A DNA stretch of 61,054 nt, counting the filler, from Sphacelaria rigidula (taxonomy: Eukaryota), in the NCBI GenBank assembly GCA_964200075.2. It is 7 parts of 7 records of this genome, joined end to end, with 100 filler letters (N's around TTAATTAATTAA, not from the genome) between each part and the next. Parts side by side here need not be neighbours in the genome. Positions count along the whole stretch, not along the records: positions 17,475 to 26,110 come from CAXNAA020010520.1; positions 26,211 to 34,846 come from CAXNAA020010521.1; positions 34,947 to 43,582 come from CAXNAA020010522.1; 4 more parts are not named here. One strand, written 5' to 3'. Below the pieces are notes generated by a model that ran no database searches, was not told the origin of the DNA, and saw only the letters and a list, made by a program, of their open reading frames with translations. This document shows positions 24,901-36,311 of the stretch, piece by piece. The stretch's first letter is position 1. The number at the start of each line of letters is the position of its first letter. The translations under genes and the position numbers were made by a program.

Positions 24901-25149
24901 TAGTGGTGACGTTGGAACCGCTCAAATCAGGGAAGATGCTAGAGCATCATCTCGGGAATAGTGTGAACAGCGTCTCAAGTCTTTTGTCATCATGCTACTA
25001 GGACTGTAATGGTGACGACCAAACGGATATTGTTTTCCTTAGCGAGGGAAGGGAAACAAGTGCTTCAATTGGCATCGTTTTGGCTTTCCATTAAATGCCG
25101 ACCTTTGTCCCTCAACCCTACCCCTTCACTGCCTAATATGAGCAGATAG

Positions 25150-25960
25150 CCAACAGACGAGAGCTGTAAGAAACAGGCGACGTAGGAAGTTGTACCGATG
25201 GAGAGTGGATCAAGTAGAACTAGAAGAAAGACAGCAAGAGCTTCAAGAAGAGATGACTAAAAATGCAGTGACATTTTTCGACCCGTTGCAAAGCGTAGTT
25301 GCAGTTGACGCCGAAATATAACGGGATCGGGCAGGAGGAAGATCGTAGAAGGATGGGGGCAATTGGTCAAGGCCACAGCAAGGAAAGTCACAGGGAAGAA
25401 ACTAATCGCATGCAACAAAGCAGTAAAATAGTAAGATGAGGAAGTAAAATATGCTGTAAGAGTGAGGAGAGAGGCCCACGCAAGACATGTCTCGAGGGAA
25501 ACTACGGCAGGATGAGAGGAGTATGCCAAAGGTAGAAAGGAGGTAAAACAGATGGTGGGGAGGGAAAAAGAGGGAATATAGGAAGATGGAGTTAATAAAG
25601 CGTACAAAATGTTCGATGGCGGGATGAAGCAAATAAATGTAGGCAGAAATAAAAACGAACAAGGGGAAAGAGGCAGGACAGACAGAAAAGGGGATAGCTA
25701 CTCTCAGAGCACAACGGTAAAATGGTTGGTGGTTCGGGGGGAAGAGAAAAGTACTATCAAAGCACCATAGAAAGCTAGGGACATGGACAAATAACGAGAT
25801 GTTCGACGCGGAATTCGAGAAAGAAACTACCACGTGGGCAGAGGCAATGTAGAGGCATCAAAATGCGAAGATAGTGGCTCAAAAGAATAACAGAAAGAGT
25901 GCACCAGAGAGGAAAGGCGTGTGTAGCTACACTCCAAAACAGAAACGCACCAGGGGGGTG
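25150..25960 (+). mobile_element. Decayed LINE ORF2 fragment (endonuclease-to-RT linker region)
   Basis: Stop-riddled KIVEGWGQLVKATARKVTGKKLIACNKAVK**DEEVKYAVRVRREAHARH...EEYAKGRKEVKQMV resembles the WWDEEVK...RR motif of LINE ORF2. Purine-rich strand bias. Confidence 0.6.
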
Positions 25961-26110
25961 AGGTGGGGGGGGGCGTACTCATTTGTTGCTTACCGTGGTC
26001 GTTTGACCATTGACCACGATCCCTTTCGAGACGGAGCACCGTTCCTACTCCTAATAGAGACACCTACAACATTCTGGCGCTCATGACGTTTCTTCCGCAG
26101 CTGAGGTGGG

Positions 26111-26210
26111 NNNNNNNNNNNNNNNNNNNNNNNNNNNNNNNNNNNNNNNNNNNNTTAATTAATTAANNNNNNNNNNNNNNNNNNNNNNNNNNNNNNNNNN
26201 NNNNNNNNNN
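26111..26210. other. Artificial contig-joining spacer
   Basis: N44-TTAATTAATTAA-N44. Confidence 0.98.
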
Positions 26211-27329
26211 AGTGTCCTTCTAGCGATCTCAACTTACAGTGCACTGCTGCAGAGTTCACAGGTGAATATTTTGGCGATTGCCTCACCTGCAGTTCGCCCA
26301 GATGTGGTGGATTTTTCCACGATCTCACCGCGCCAGATTATATGTGAAAATATATCAGATCCTGCATTATATGTTGAAATGTCCCAGACCCTGGACGAAG
26401 ATTCTACAGTCAGTACGAGCACGGTGTTAAAAGTGTACTGCGCACAGTGTAAAATATTTTGCCGACTGCAATTTGTTTCAACTCGTACCTCAAGTCGATA
26501 AGTGCAACGCTACACTTCGAGACAATGGTGTGTAAAAATCTTCAGGGAATAAAATGCTACAGGCGGCTTTCGCGCAATAGCGGCTGTGTTACCATACAGC
26601 TTCGCCCAAGATACAGGCAGCCATGACAGCAGCAGAAGCAGCTTTTCACTCGTGCGTGCGCAACCTGGGGCAAACGCACGCTGTAGCTGCAACACGGAGA
26701 GCTTTACAAAATGTATCGTAGCGATATAGGGCGTATCGAAGGGTGATATCCCGCGTACACGTTGACCGCAGATACAAGCGGTTGCGTGCATGGTGTGGTG
26801 ACCTGCATCGGACAGCGCGAAATCAATGCAGCACAGGGATAGGCTGAGGGTGTGACGTTCTGTGGTGTACTTTGTCACCCTGCACCCTACCGCTGTGCAG
26901 TGAGCATGTAGTACCGCCGAAGGCGTAACGCCGCGGTTTGTACGCAGTGTCGAACACATAGCAGCAAACAGCATATTTCATGTGCAACAGACAAGGATGT
27001 GTGTTTCAAGACCGATGCGCACAGAGTGGGATCCGCATGTAGAGAACCCTGCACCGACTCGCCCTGTTCTAGCGGATACACATATATTTTCAACAAAAAC
27101 CGCTTGCGACATGTGCTGTAACGAATCTCATGCGTCATGCAGCTTTCTTCCGTGTGCGGCATCGCCCGTGAAGCGAGCTGTTGAAGCTAACAGTGCCCAA
27201 CCCTCTTCCCACGATGACCTCCTGTCTGAGCTCGAGATAATTGGAACTGCGGAACACGAGTTCAGCTGGTAGAACGTACATCTCACCGTCATACACCGAC
27301 TCCATAACATTGAAAAGGAATAACACTGT

Positions 27330-27676
27330 TGGGTAGAATATTTTAGATCATACCCAACATACCCAATTTTTTGGCAGAGTATTGAAGTAATACCCAAGTG
27401 ATACTCGATATTCAGGTATTGTTGGGAGTGCTTACCCAGTACTCGTATCTAGGTAGAGTATTTGAGGTCATACCTAAGTGATACTCTATATTCGAGTATT
27501 GCTGAGGGTACTTACCCATATACGTGGGTATAGTATTTGAGGCCGTACCCAATCTACCCGAAACTTGGTCAATGTATTTGGGGCTGTGCCCTCTATACCC
27601 AAAGTTTGGGCAGAGCAAATATCCGGGTATTTTCCCCGATTGTTCAAAACTACATACCATACCCGACCTGCCCTTT
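27330..27676. mobile_element. Partial copy of the hAT-like array MITE (TACCC variant)
   Basis: Arrays such as GGTCATACCTAAGTGATACTCTATATTCGAGTATTGCTGAG, ending in TIR-like CATACCATACCCGACCTGCCCTT. Confidence 0.7.
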
Positions 27677-28011
27677 GCTTTTGGATGGCAAGCATTCGGA
27701 GAAGAGGTACAAAGGGGCACTTGACTCCTATCCTGCAGACCACTACGCCAGATGCCACCCGTTCACAAAACCATACAAACCTCACACAGCTCATTCTTAA
27801 CTACCAACGCAATCCTGCAGCATGGAGGACGACTTGGGCACAGGGATAGATACATTGCAGTAGTTTAGCGTGATGTGTTTATCTTCAGTGAGCGAAACTT
27901 GAGCATATTATTTCATGGTCAGGATCGGCGACGGAACTGCGTGTTAGGGTGGACGACCGACGTGCCTACACTCATGGACACTTCAAGCATAGAGTACAGA
28001 TAGTCCTGCGC

Positions 28012-28290
28012 TGTCTGCACTGCTGCACGTTGCCCCCTTCTCTTTCACATCCTACTGTACGAAACACGCACACGTACACCCAGGCACACGGTATGATCAC
28101 CGCGCAGACAGTACAGTACTGTACTGTAGACAAGCGAAGAAGTGCCGCTTCACGGATTTCACTGTCGTTTAGCGATCGAAAGCTTGCAAATTCGTTTGGA
28201 CCCAACTCGCGAGAAATAAACGGACTCGCCGAAATCTATTTCACCGCACTTTTTTAACGATCGAATAATGATGTGCCAAGACACGGCCTT
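28012..28290 (+). repeat. Dispersed ~280-bp repeat, second copy at ~59215-59492
   Basis: Shared TGCACGTTGCCC-CTTCTC, TACGAAACACGCACACG, GTACTGTAGAC, CGATCGAAAGCTTG and AAGACACGGCCT. Confidence 0.7.
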
Positions 28291-28608
28291 ACCCAACATT
28301 TGGGTAGAGTGTTGAAATCGTATCCGATCTACCCAAAATTTGGATGGGTATTTTTTTCTCGTATCCAATATACCCAAACTTTTGATGAGGGTATTGAAGT
28401 CATACCCAAGTGATACTCCATACCCAGATATTGCTGGGAGTGCTTACCCAATATTTGGGTAGAATATTTGAGGTACCTACTCTAATCTGCCCAAATATTG
28501 GGTAGAGTAGTTGAGGCCGTACTCAATCTACTCAAACCTTGGGTAAAGTAAATACGCGGACATGTTACCGAGTATTCAGAGGTACATACCCTACCCGTCC
28601 TACCCTTG
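28290..28608. mobile_element. Partial copy of the hAT-like array MITE (TACCC variant)
   Basis: TACCCAATATTTGGGTA palindromes. Ends with TIR CATACCCTACCCGTCCTACCCTTG. Confidence 0.75.
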
Positions 28609-29119
28609 AACCGTTGCAAGGCCCAGCTCGTGAATAACGCAAGAATACTTGAGCAATTTGGTTTTTTGAAATATCTAATGGAAACCAGAACAATTTTCCA
28701 ATTGGCCTACAAGTGGTTACTCTATTCGGCATTACAACGTGTACGACTCCTCTGCTATTGATAGTTACCTGCACCCCCAAGAATGCGCTGTAAATAGCAG
28801 CTGTTGTTTGACTCGATGGTGAAAATAATCACAATCTATTACATTGTAGAAATGTACTGCGTACAGTATGGAATATATTGTCCATTACAGTAGACGCAGT
28901 AGTCGATACTGTACGCAGTACACTTTCTGACAAAGCGATCGATTGTCCAGAATGTGACATATTTTACCTCTCCGTACTTGTGTGTGAACGAAGGAGTTTT
29001 GTGATATTGACGATCGCCCGAAACAAGGTATAGTACGTAGCCAGATTTCAGAACACTGAATCATGACCAATTGCCAGGCAGCGGCGTTCAGTTTTTGCTG
29101 GGTGGGCATGGGATTGCGG

Positions 29120-29230
29120 GGGGCGGGGGGGAGGGTGTACTTATGATCATGCATGCCATAGTCATATGGCCATTGACCTCGCATCCCTACAAAGCCGGGA
29201 CGGAGCACGCCGAGTTCTCACCAAACCAGT
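29120..29230 (-). mobile_element. Short retroposon 3' fragment with C-run tail (family D)
   Basis: Minus strand GCTCCGTCCCGGCTTTGTAGGGATGCGAGGTCAATGGCCATATGACTATGGCATGCATGATCATAAGTACACCCTCCCCCCC. Other copies: ~32794-32875 (-), ~33340-33430 (+), 34947-35007 (+). Confidence 0.75.
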
Positions 29231-30143
29231 CTGCGGGGGGCGGGGGAGGATAACATCGCCTGTCGCCTGCTGTCTTGTGTACGTGGCATTCCTGCAGAAT
29301 GATGTCGGGACCTGTCTAGGTGCAACCTGGTGTGATGAATGACAACAAAACAACCGGGACGAATCTGTTCGTGCTGCTGACAAGGGGGCACAACGACCTG
29401 TCAGGATATCCACCGCGTTGTACATGCTAGATTGCAAGATAGCTGGAGGGATATGAACTACGAGCTGGGCCAGCTGGCAGTGATTCTTGAATGCTATCGC
29501 TTCCAGCGGTGCTGGATTTGAGGAGATGGGCGCTGAAATTTTCACACGACATTTTTATTATCAACACGCGCAACATTTCTCGGGATGCCAAAAAAAAATA
29601 ACACAGAAAGTTAAAGCGATTTGAAATTTCAGCACAAACGGGGAAAATGTCAGCACTCCGTGAAAAAAAACGAAAAACGGTAGCATCCCCAGAGATGTTG
29701 CATGTACTTGCGTGCAGAAGATCCTGGTGAAAATTCGACTAAAAACGTCCTGAATTGGGCCCAGCCTGGCACTTTTGGTGTGACACCGGTGCACCCCTGC
29801 AATCCACGTGATACAGGGGAGACTCCAGTTATGGAAGTCACGAGTTCGAATCCCGACAGATTCTCTTTTTTTTCGTTCAGTTGTGAAGGCAATATATTAT
29901 GGAGTACATTTTTCGATTTTGTTTTTCTCAGCGGCTGAGCGTGCATGACCAGGCTGGTCTGGAGTTCACAGCGATATGCTTGAATCGGGCTGGTTCGGGA
30001 AACTGGAGACGTTGTTGTGTGATGTGCGTATGTACGTTGTAGGGCTGGCCCAACGCGTAGCCCTAATGTAAAGTTTTTCAATGAATGTAACCCCCTGCCC
30101 CCACTCCCCCGTATCTGTCGCTCCATTGATGCATGGTCTATAG

Positions 30144-30224
30144 GTGGAAGAGCATCGAGGCGCGTTTCGCCTTACGTATCCCATGGAGCACGGGGTCGTC
30201 AAAAATTGGGCGGACATGGAAAAG
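30144..30224 (+). CDS. ARP1: Actin-related protein 1 (centractin, dynactin subunit), internal exon
   Basis: [37 protein letters not shown]...YPMEHG is characteristic of Arp1, whereas actin has AQSKRG...YPIEHG. Confidence 0.9.
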
Positions 30225-30709
30225 GTGCATATGTCGCCCTGTCGTGGTCGTGTCCGACCATCAACTTTTTTCGATCGATGCAGAAAGTTGTGTGATGGCG
30301 TCTGTAGTGGTTTGTGAAGGCACGGACGACAAAGCAACTTATCGTCGGAGCGCTATAGTTGAATACAGCACGACCGTGCTTTTGAGCCATATCGTAGCTG
30401 CCTGCAGATAAGAAGTGAGGTTGCAAGAAGATCGGATCGAGATTACTGGAGTACAATAAATGAAAATCTGTCGAGCCTCAGCGCTACACCAAGTCTAATA
30501 CAGCAGGCCTTTGTATTCGGTGAGAAACTCAGACCGAGCCTGATTTTCCGTTTCTTCGTGAGCGGGCCGCTATCGTACAGAGAGATGGACAATATACCGT
30601 CAAGTGACTCAAGTGTATATAGGGGAAGGTGGCCTCATCGTCATTGTGGAGCATGGCGTATACGAGGTGAGCGTATCCCGCAAGCCCCCACAACCAGCAT
30701 GGCCACGTA

Positions 30710-31034
30710 TTTTTTTTGTCGCACTTACATTGAACCTCTCCTCTTCGTCGGGACGAGCCCGTGGTCTCTGGAGATCAATCCATCTCTCCCCGGTACAGTA
30801 CACGCCTTGCATTGTTTTGGCCTCGCGGATTGGGTCAGCACTCCCGCACCGCGTCAAACTCTCGTCAAGCAAACTCGGTGAACTATTTTTGTGTTTACTC
30901 ACATACTCACGCTCTCCACGGTGGACATCATAGACTTATGAAGGAATAAACGCAACGAATCGGGAATCGGACCCATGTTTCCCCTACCCTAACGGTTACA
31001 GTCGGACCATTTTAATTTACACCACCGAGGGCGC
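30710..31034 (-). mobile_element. tRNA-derived SINE (family S2) in an ARP1 intron
   Basis: Homologous to 32205-32511. The T-run near 30710 corresponds to an A-rich tail. Confidence 0.75.
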
Positions 31035-31066
31035 AACAACGCACCGCATGATGACCTTTTTGACAG

Positions 31067-31228
31067 GTGTGGGCACATGTGTACGGACGCGACAACCTTA
31101 ACGTCGCCCCCGAAGATCACGCGGTGCTGGTCACGGAGGCGCCGCTGAACCCTTACAAGAATCGCCGAGAGTGCGCCGAGACCTTCTTCGAGAACTTTGG
31201 GGTGCCCGCCATGTTCTGTGCACCGCAG
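31067..31228 (+). CDS. ARP1: Arp1/centractin, internal exon
   Basis: CAG|VWAHVYGRDNLNVAPEDHAVLVTEAPLNPYKNRRECAETFFENFGVPAMFCAPQ|GTAATG. Phase 0, contains the TEAPLNP motif. Confidence 0.93.
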
Positions 31229-32204
31229 GTAATGAGTTGATAACGCGGAAAAAGGTGTTGGTCCGGTCTCTTGATATACACGAGCGAAACACACGAGCGC
31301 GCAGCGCGTACGTGCGTATGCACATTGTTTCGCAGGTGACATGTTTTTGAAGATGAAGATTTAGGCTGCGATGGTTTGAAAACAACTGAAGATCGTAAGT
31401 CCAACGAAGATGGCCGTGTTCCAATATTGGTCGGCGTGTGTTTTGACTGCGACTGGGTCCGTGGGGGGTCAGTTTATGTGCGACAAAAGTTGAAAGGAAA
31501 ATATGTGTCATATTCCAACGGTGCCATCATACTGATATACTGCGGGTCTGCGCAGTCGCTTATGGGTGCTGTGCAAGATACGCAGTGAAGCTGGGTTTTC
31601 CCTGAGGACCGTGAATATTTATACGTGAAGGAAGATGGTAATTAATTCTGAAGAGTTCAACTTTGATTTTCAAATTTTGAAGTAGAAAAAATGGTCGTTT
31701 TCGGAATACTTTCGAAATGTCACTGGGCTGCTGGCGAAGCGTTTGTCGGGGATATCTTCTGTTGCTGCAGTAAGGAGCAGTGGTTCGAAAAAAACGTCAA
31801 TACTAGAACAAACCAGGAATACGTTGAAAATCAACGCGTGAATTGTCGTGCATGAATTCACCCGAAAGGGGAGTTGTTTTTTACATGTCGGCTCCTGGCG
31901 GGCGGATTTTGACGGATTGCCCGCTTGATTTGATTTGATTTAATTCAATTGTGAGTGATTGCCTGTCGTGAATCCTCTGACGACCAGAGTAGGTCATCTG
32001 TTGAATCATCGGCGTCAATTTCACTTGAACAAAGTATGCATGATCCAGATGGACTATCCTCGCGCGGCCAGGGGGCTATCTTAATATTCGCCCATTGAAT
32101 CCAGCCATGGTCACAAGATACACGTTCCCGATGTGAAAAAAAAAACGGACTAGAAAATGAACGATGAGATTCGCTGAGGAAACTCTAGAAGGGAAACGTA
32201 TGGA

Positions 32205-32511
32205 TTTTTTTTTTTTTTCCCTCATACTTTGAACCCCTCCCCTTCCTCGGGACGAGTCCGTGGTCTCAAGGGATCAACCCATGTCTCCCCCGGTACGTGC
32301 CTTTCCTGTTCATCTCGCGGATTGGGTCAGCACTTCCGCACCGCGTCAACTCACGTCACACAAACCCAGTCGAATACTTTGTTTACTCACGTTCTCGCGC
32401 TTTCCACGGTGGAAACCAGACATTACGAAGAAAAACCCAACGCATCGGGAATCGAACCCCCGTTCTCACAACCCCAATGGCGACAGCCGGACCACTACAC
32501 CACCGGGGCGC
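32205..32511 (-). mobile_element. tRNA-derived SINE (family S2) in an ARP1 intron
   Basis: Minus-strand head GCGCCCCGGTGGTGTAGTGG (A box)...GGTTCGATTCCC (B box), a ~200-bp body and an A-rich tail. Confidence 0.8.
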
Positions 32512-33780
32512 GGCACGTGGAGGAGAAAATGATGACACTCAAATCACGACAACAAGAAAACGTCAGGTCTCTGCCGCATGGCTTACGCATGGCTCACGAT
32601 AACAGAGGCCTTACAAGAACAAAACGAAACGAATGCCTATTGCTGGGGGATATATACAATACTGTAGCGGTTTGGGCAGGTATACCGCGCCACAGGGTGA
32701 CTCGCCCGTATTGTTGATCGATGCTCCTGAAAAACGAGATGATGGTTAATCTTATCTTGGACGAAACTGTTCCTAGGGGAACAATCTTTGAACGGGGGGG
32801 TGTACCCATGATCATACATGCCATAGTCGTAAGAACATTGATCTCGCAACCCTACAAAGCCGGGACGGAGCACGTCGGGTTTCCGCTGGAGGGGAGGGAT
32901 CCTTGAATATTCTCGGAACTATGCCGAGGGAGATATGGTCCCGTCTCGGGCGTGGACACGTGTAGACTTGTGACTACCCTCGTACTCGCATCTCTTCCCC
33001 AAACATGATGGGGTCGAGCCGGCTACTCCATCAAATCTAAGAGGAAAATGGAGAGCTAGGTTGGATATGAGTTTTTTTTTTGCACGATGCTGTGATAACA
33101 CGTTTAATTTTTCGAGGGGGATTGGGGGGGAGGGGAGGGGGATGATGCCGCTGCATCCATCTATTTAGTAGGTGCCGGAAGGTTTCTCCCCCTACATGTT
33201 AGATACTATGTCTAGTTGCCGTACAAGTATATATGATACATGCATCGCCCGACCTTTTTGTTAATTCCGAATGTCATCGTGGTTGTCACTTCGGTATTCA
33301 CAAGCCCCCCATCTCCCCCACGGGTCCGACACAAAGTCTGCATGCTCCGCCCCGGCTTCGTTGGGATTCGAGGCCAATGGTCGTGTGACTTTGGCATGCA
33401 AGAGCAAGATCATGAGTATACCCCCCCACCCACCCGCTCCCCTCCCCGTCCTCTATCCTTCTCCCCATCCCCTGTCATGTACCGCACCTGAAGCTGTGCA
33501 GGTGTTGATTCAAAACTCTATGCGCGAAACGCAGAGACTTCCATGTGTTGACGAATGTGAATAACGACAGCAGCAGCAGCAACAACAGCAACAACGTGGA
33601 CAAGTAATCGATTGATTGATTGCGAGCCTGGTCCGGCGAAACATCAATGTCTCCGTCCCGACTTTGCAGGGATGCAAGGTCAATGGTCTTCTTACTTGTG
33701 GTATGTAAGATTATGAATTCAACCCCACCCCCACCCCCGCGTTCCCCGAACCCTCGAAATCCATTTTCCCCTCAAACCAG

Positions 33781-33917
33781 GCGATCCTGAGCCTGTACGC
33801 GTCTGGGCGCACGACCGGGGTGGTTTTGGATTCGGGCGACGGAACGACGCACTGTGTGCCAGTCTACGAAGGCTTCGCAGTACGACATGCCATTACTCGA
33901 ATAGATGTCGCGGGAAG
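33781..33917 (+). CDS. ARP1: Arp1/centractin, internal exon
   Basis: [48 protein letters not shown](R)|GT, the actin-fold phosphate-2 motif. I did not find 5' or 3' exons on this contig. Confidence 0.93.
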
Positions 33918-34000
33918 GTGTGGAAAATGACGCAGCATGGAAATGTTCTTCTGTACCGCCAAAGCGAGTATATGCGTGCTGTATGTGAACTGTAGTACAG

Positions 34001-34190
34001 AACCCCTTTCGCAATAAAAAATTAAGTCAAGCACCGCAGAAGGAAGGTGAAGTACTGAAACAAGAGAAATATATTAAAAAAATTGTCGTGTTGTCCTTCC
34101 TCCTGTGTGAACCCGGCTGATGCGCCCACATATACCGAAAAGTGTAGACTGGCGTCCAGAATAGATGGGACTGCAACTACACACAATACC
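34001..34190 (+). mobile_element. 5'-truncated copy of SINE family S1
   Basis: AACCCCTTTCGCAATAAAAAA...CAAGCACCGCAGAAGGAAGGTG...CCCGGCTGATGCGC...GTGTAGACTGGCGTCCAGAATAGATGGGA matches 41530-41700. Confidence 0.8.
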
Positions 34191-34846
34191 GTAGTATATA
34201 CCTTCAGTATGGAAAACGTCTGCTTTCAGTGGGAAAGGGTGCAGTGGAGAAAATAATAGATGATTGTGTTTGAATGTACGGGTTTTCTGGGGTCTGCAAA
34301 CCAACCGTCTGTTGTAGGGGTCGACCTCTTCAATCCCAAATTTTGGGGATAGACGGCTCGTAATCCGCTTACATGAATTACGGGAAAACGATACTATTGC
34401 AGGCTTACCGGTCGTCGCGGGTCCTACGAATCAGCAGCTCCAAGGCTCGGCTCATATTTCATATTCTTGCTGACCGAATTCATCTCGATTATTATTCCGG
34501 GAGACAATTTCCGTAGGATCAGATGTTTGAGATTCAAGCGATCCATGTGGCGTTTTTTTTCTTTCTCTGTTTTTGATTGTTTTTTTATTGATTGTCACAC
34601 TTCAACCGACCCCCCAGGGATCCAGCCGTGGTCGCATGATGGACGTACGTACCCAAGGCAAAACAAGACTGAAACATTCGCCGCAGAAAATGATAAAACA
34701 CGAAAAAGTAGAACAGAGTTACATCGTAGACGAAGACGTGGGAAAAAAAAAAGAAAAAAAATGTGTGAAAGGAAAGGAAGAGCTTTTTTTTTAATTAGAT
34801 TCACCGGAAAATCATGGCTGCATTATTCTGCTTTTGTTTTTTTTTT

Positions 34847-34946
34847 NNNNNNNNNNNNNNNNNNNNNNNNNNNNNNNNNNNNNNNNNNNNTTAATTAATT
34901 AANNNNNNNNNNNNNNNNNNNNNNNNNNNNNNNNNNNNNNNNNNNN
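34847..34946. other. Artificial contig-joining spacer
   Basis: N44-TTAATTAATTAA-N44. Confidence 0.98.
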
Positions 34947-35512
34947 GGGATGCGAGGTCAAAGGTCTGATGACTATGGCATGCATGATCATGAGTACACC
35001 CCCCCCCAAAACAAAAGCGCACTCGTATCGCCCGAATCGCCGAGCGTTCAACACATCAGATAGGGGAAAGCGGCAACTTTGAACACCCACTGTAATCTTC
35101 TGATCACACACGTGGTTCCCAAACGGTCACAGCGACCGACATGCCGAACCTGGAGCGCGTATTGTGAAGATTCCTATCAGGTTACAACGGCCAAGATCTT
35201 AACAAAAGGTCTGAGATTAATCCTTGGGCTGCACAAACCCACGGGTGCGAAACATCATGGATTATGACAAAAAGTGTTCTGGCCGAGAGGCCTATCGATA
35301 CTCTGTCCCTCAGTCGACTATCGTCTACGCCACCATGGGCACCACGATACCAGCACCACCTTTGGCAGGCTACTTTCTGTCGTTAGACGCCGGATTGAAC
35401 ACTGAATACTGAAGTACCCTAAGCACAATAATACTTGCAGGTCAGCCAGCGATTCCGATTTCACCAGGCGTTTAACGAATGGTGTTATAGCTACCCTTGT
35501 TGGATACCTCAC

Positions 35513-35755
35513 CCGCAACGCCCTGTGGAATTCGTGGATGCATATGCGCCCCCCGGCGTCAGGATCGAAGAACCCCATGACTTTGTCCACATCTCCACCA
35601 GGGCCGTCATCCATGTCCAGTCCAAAAGTTGCCAGGCCTTCGCACAGCTCAGCCCGTTCCAGCAACCCTGAGCCATTCTGGTCAATTTGCTGCAAGTGTG
35701 TGTACAGACTTTGAAGACCGCTGACCCCAGCCCGGGCGAAGATTTGGCCCTTGAT
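35513..35755 (-). CDS. Calcyphosin-like EF-hand calcium-binding protein, internal exon
   Basis: CAG|IKGQIFARAGVSGLQSLYTHLQQIDQNGSGLLERAELCEGLATFGLDMDDGPGGDVDKVMGFFDPDAGGRICIHEFHRALR|GTGAGG. Two EF-hand loops: DQNGSGLLERAE and DPDAGGRICIHE. Confidence 0.85.
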
Positions 35756-36173
35756 CTGTGGCGTGAAAATATACGAGGCGCGTTTGTTCGGCGGTGTTTT
35801 TGGGACGGGCATGGATCGGCTCTGCTACTTTACTAAGACTATGTTCGCGAGGCATTATGGAATCATCGGAATTTTTCACGTGAATTCAACAGCCGATCAC
35901 ACCAGACTCAAGAAAATAATTGGGTTAATTCAGAAGGGTTTCATGCACCAAGACGACTTCTTCGGACGTCTACATAAATATCGAGTTGATGTTTATCTAC
36001 GGGCTACTAGGACGGTATCACTTGGAAGCAACACAGCATGTCAGGCCAGAGAGGAGGATACTGCCCTACCACCAGACGGGCTCGATTCAAACGCAGCGTT
36101 TTCATGGCGTGGCTTTCTGAAGTACTCGCATTCGTGCAATATATTTAGGACGGACGTGCTGAATAGTACTCAC

Positions 36174-36311
36174 CCGCTCCACCACGGAGCGAGAAGTTGA
36201 ATTCATGGAGATGTGTTGGCCCAAACCGAAGAGGTGATCGCAGAAGGGTTTGTACTCCATGGTGTTGGAGCAATCTTCGTCGTACCGGTCAAATAGACTC
36301 TCCAATTCTCG
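36174..36311 (-). CDS. Calcyphosin-like EF-hand protein, upstream internal exon
   Basis: CAG|RELESLFDRYDEDCSNTMEYKPFCDHLFGLGQHISMNSTSRSVVER|GTGAGT. EF-hand-like loop DEDCSNTMEYKPF. Phase 0, joins the next exon. Confidence 0.85.
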
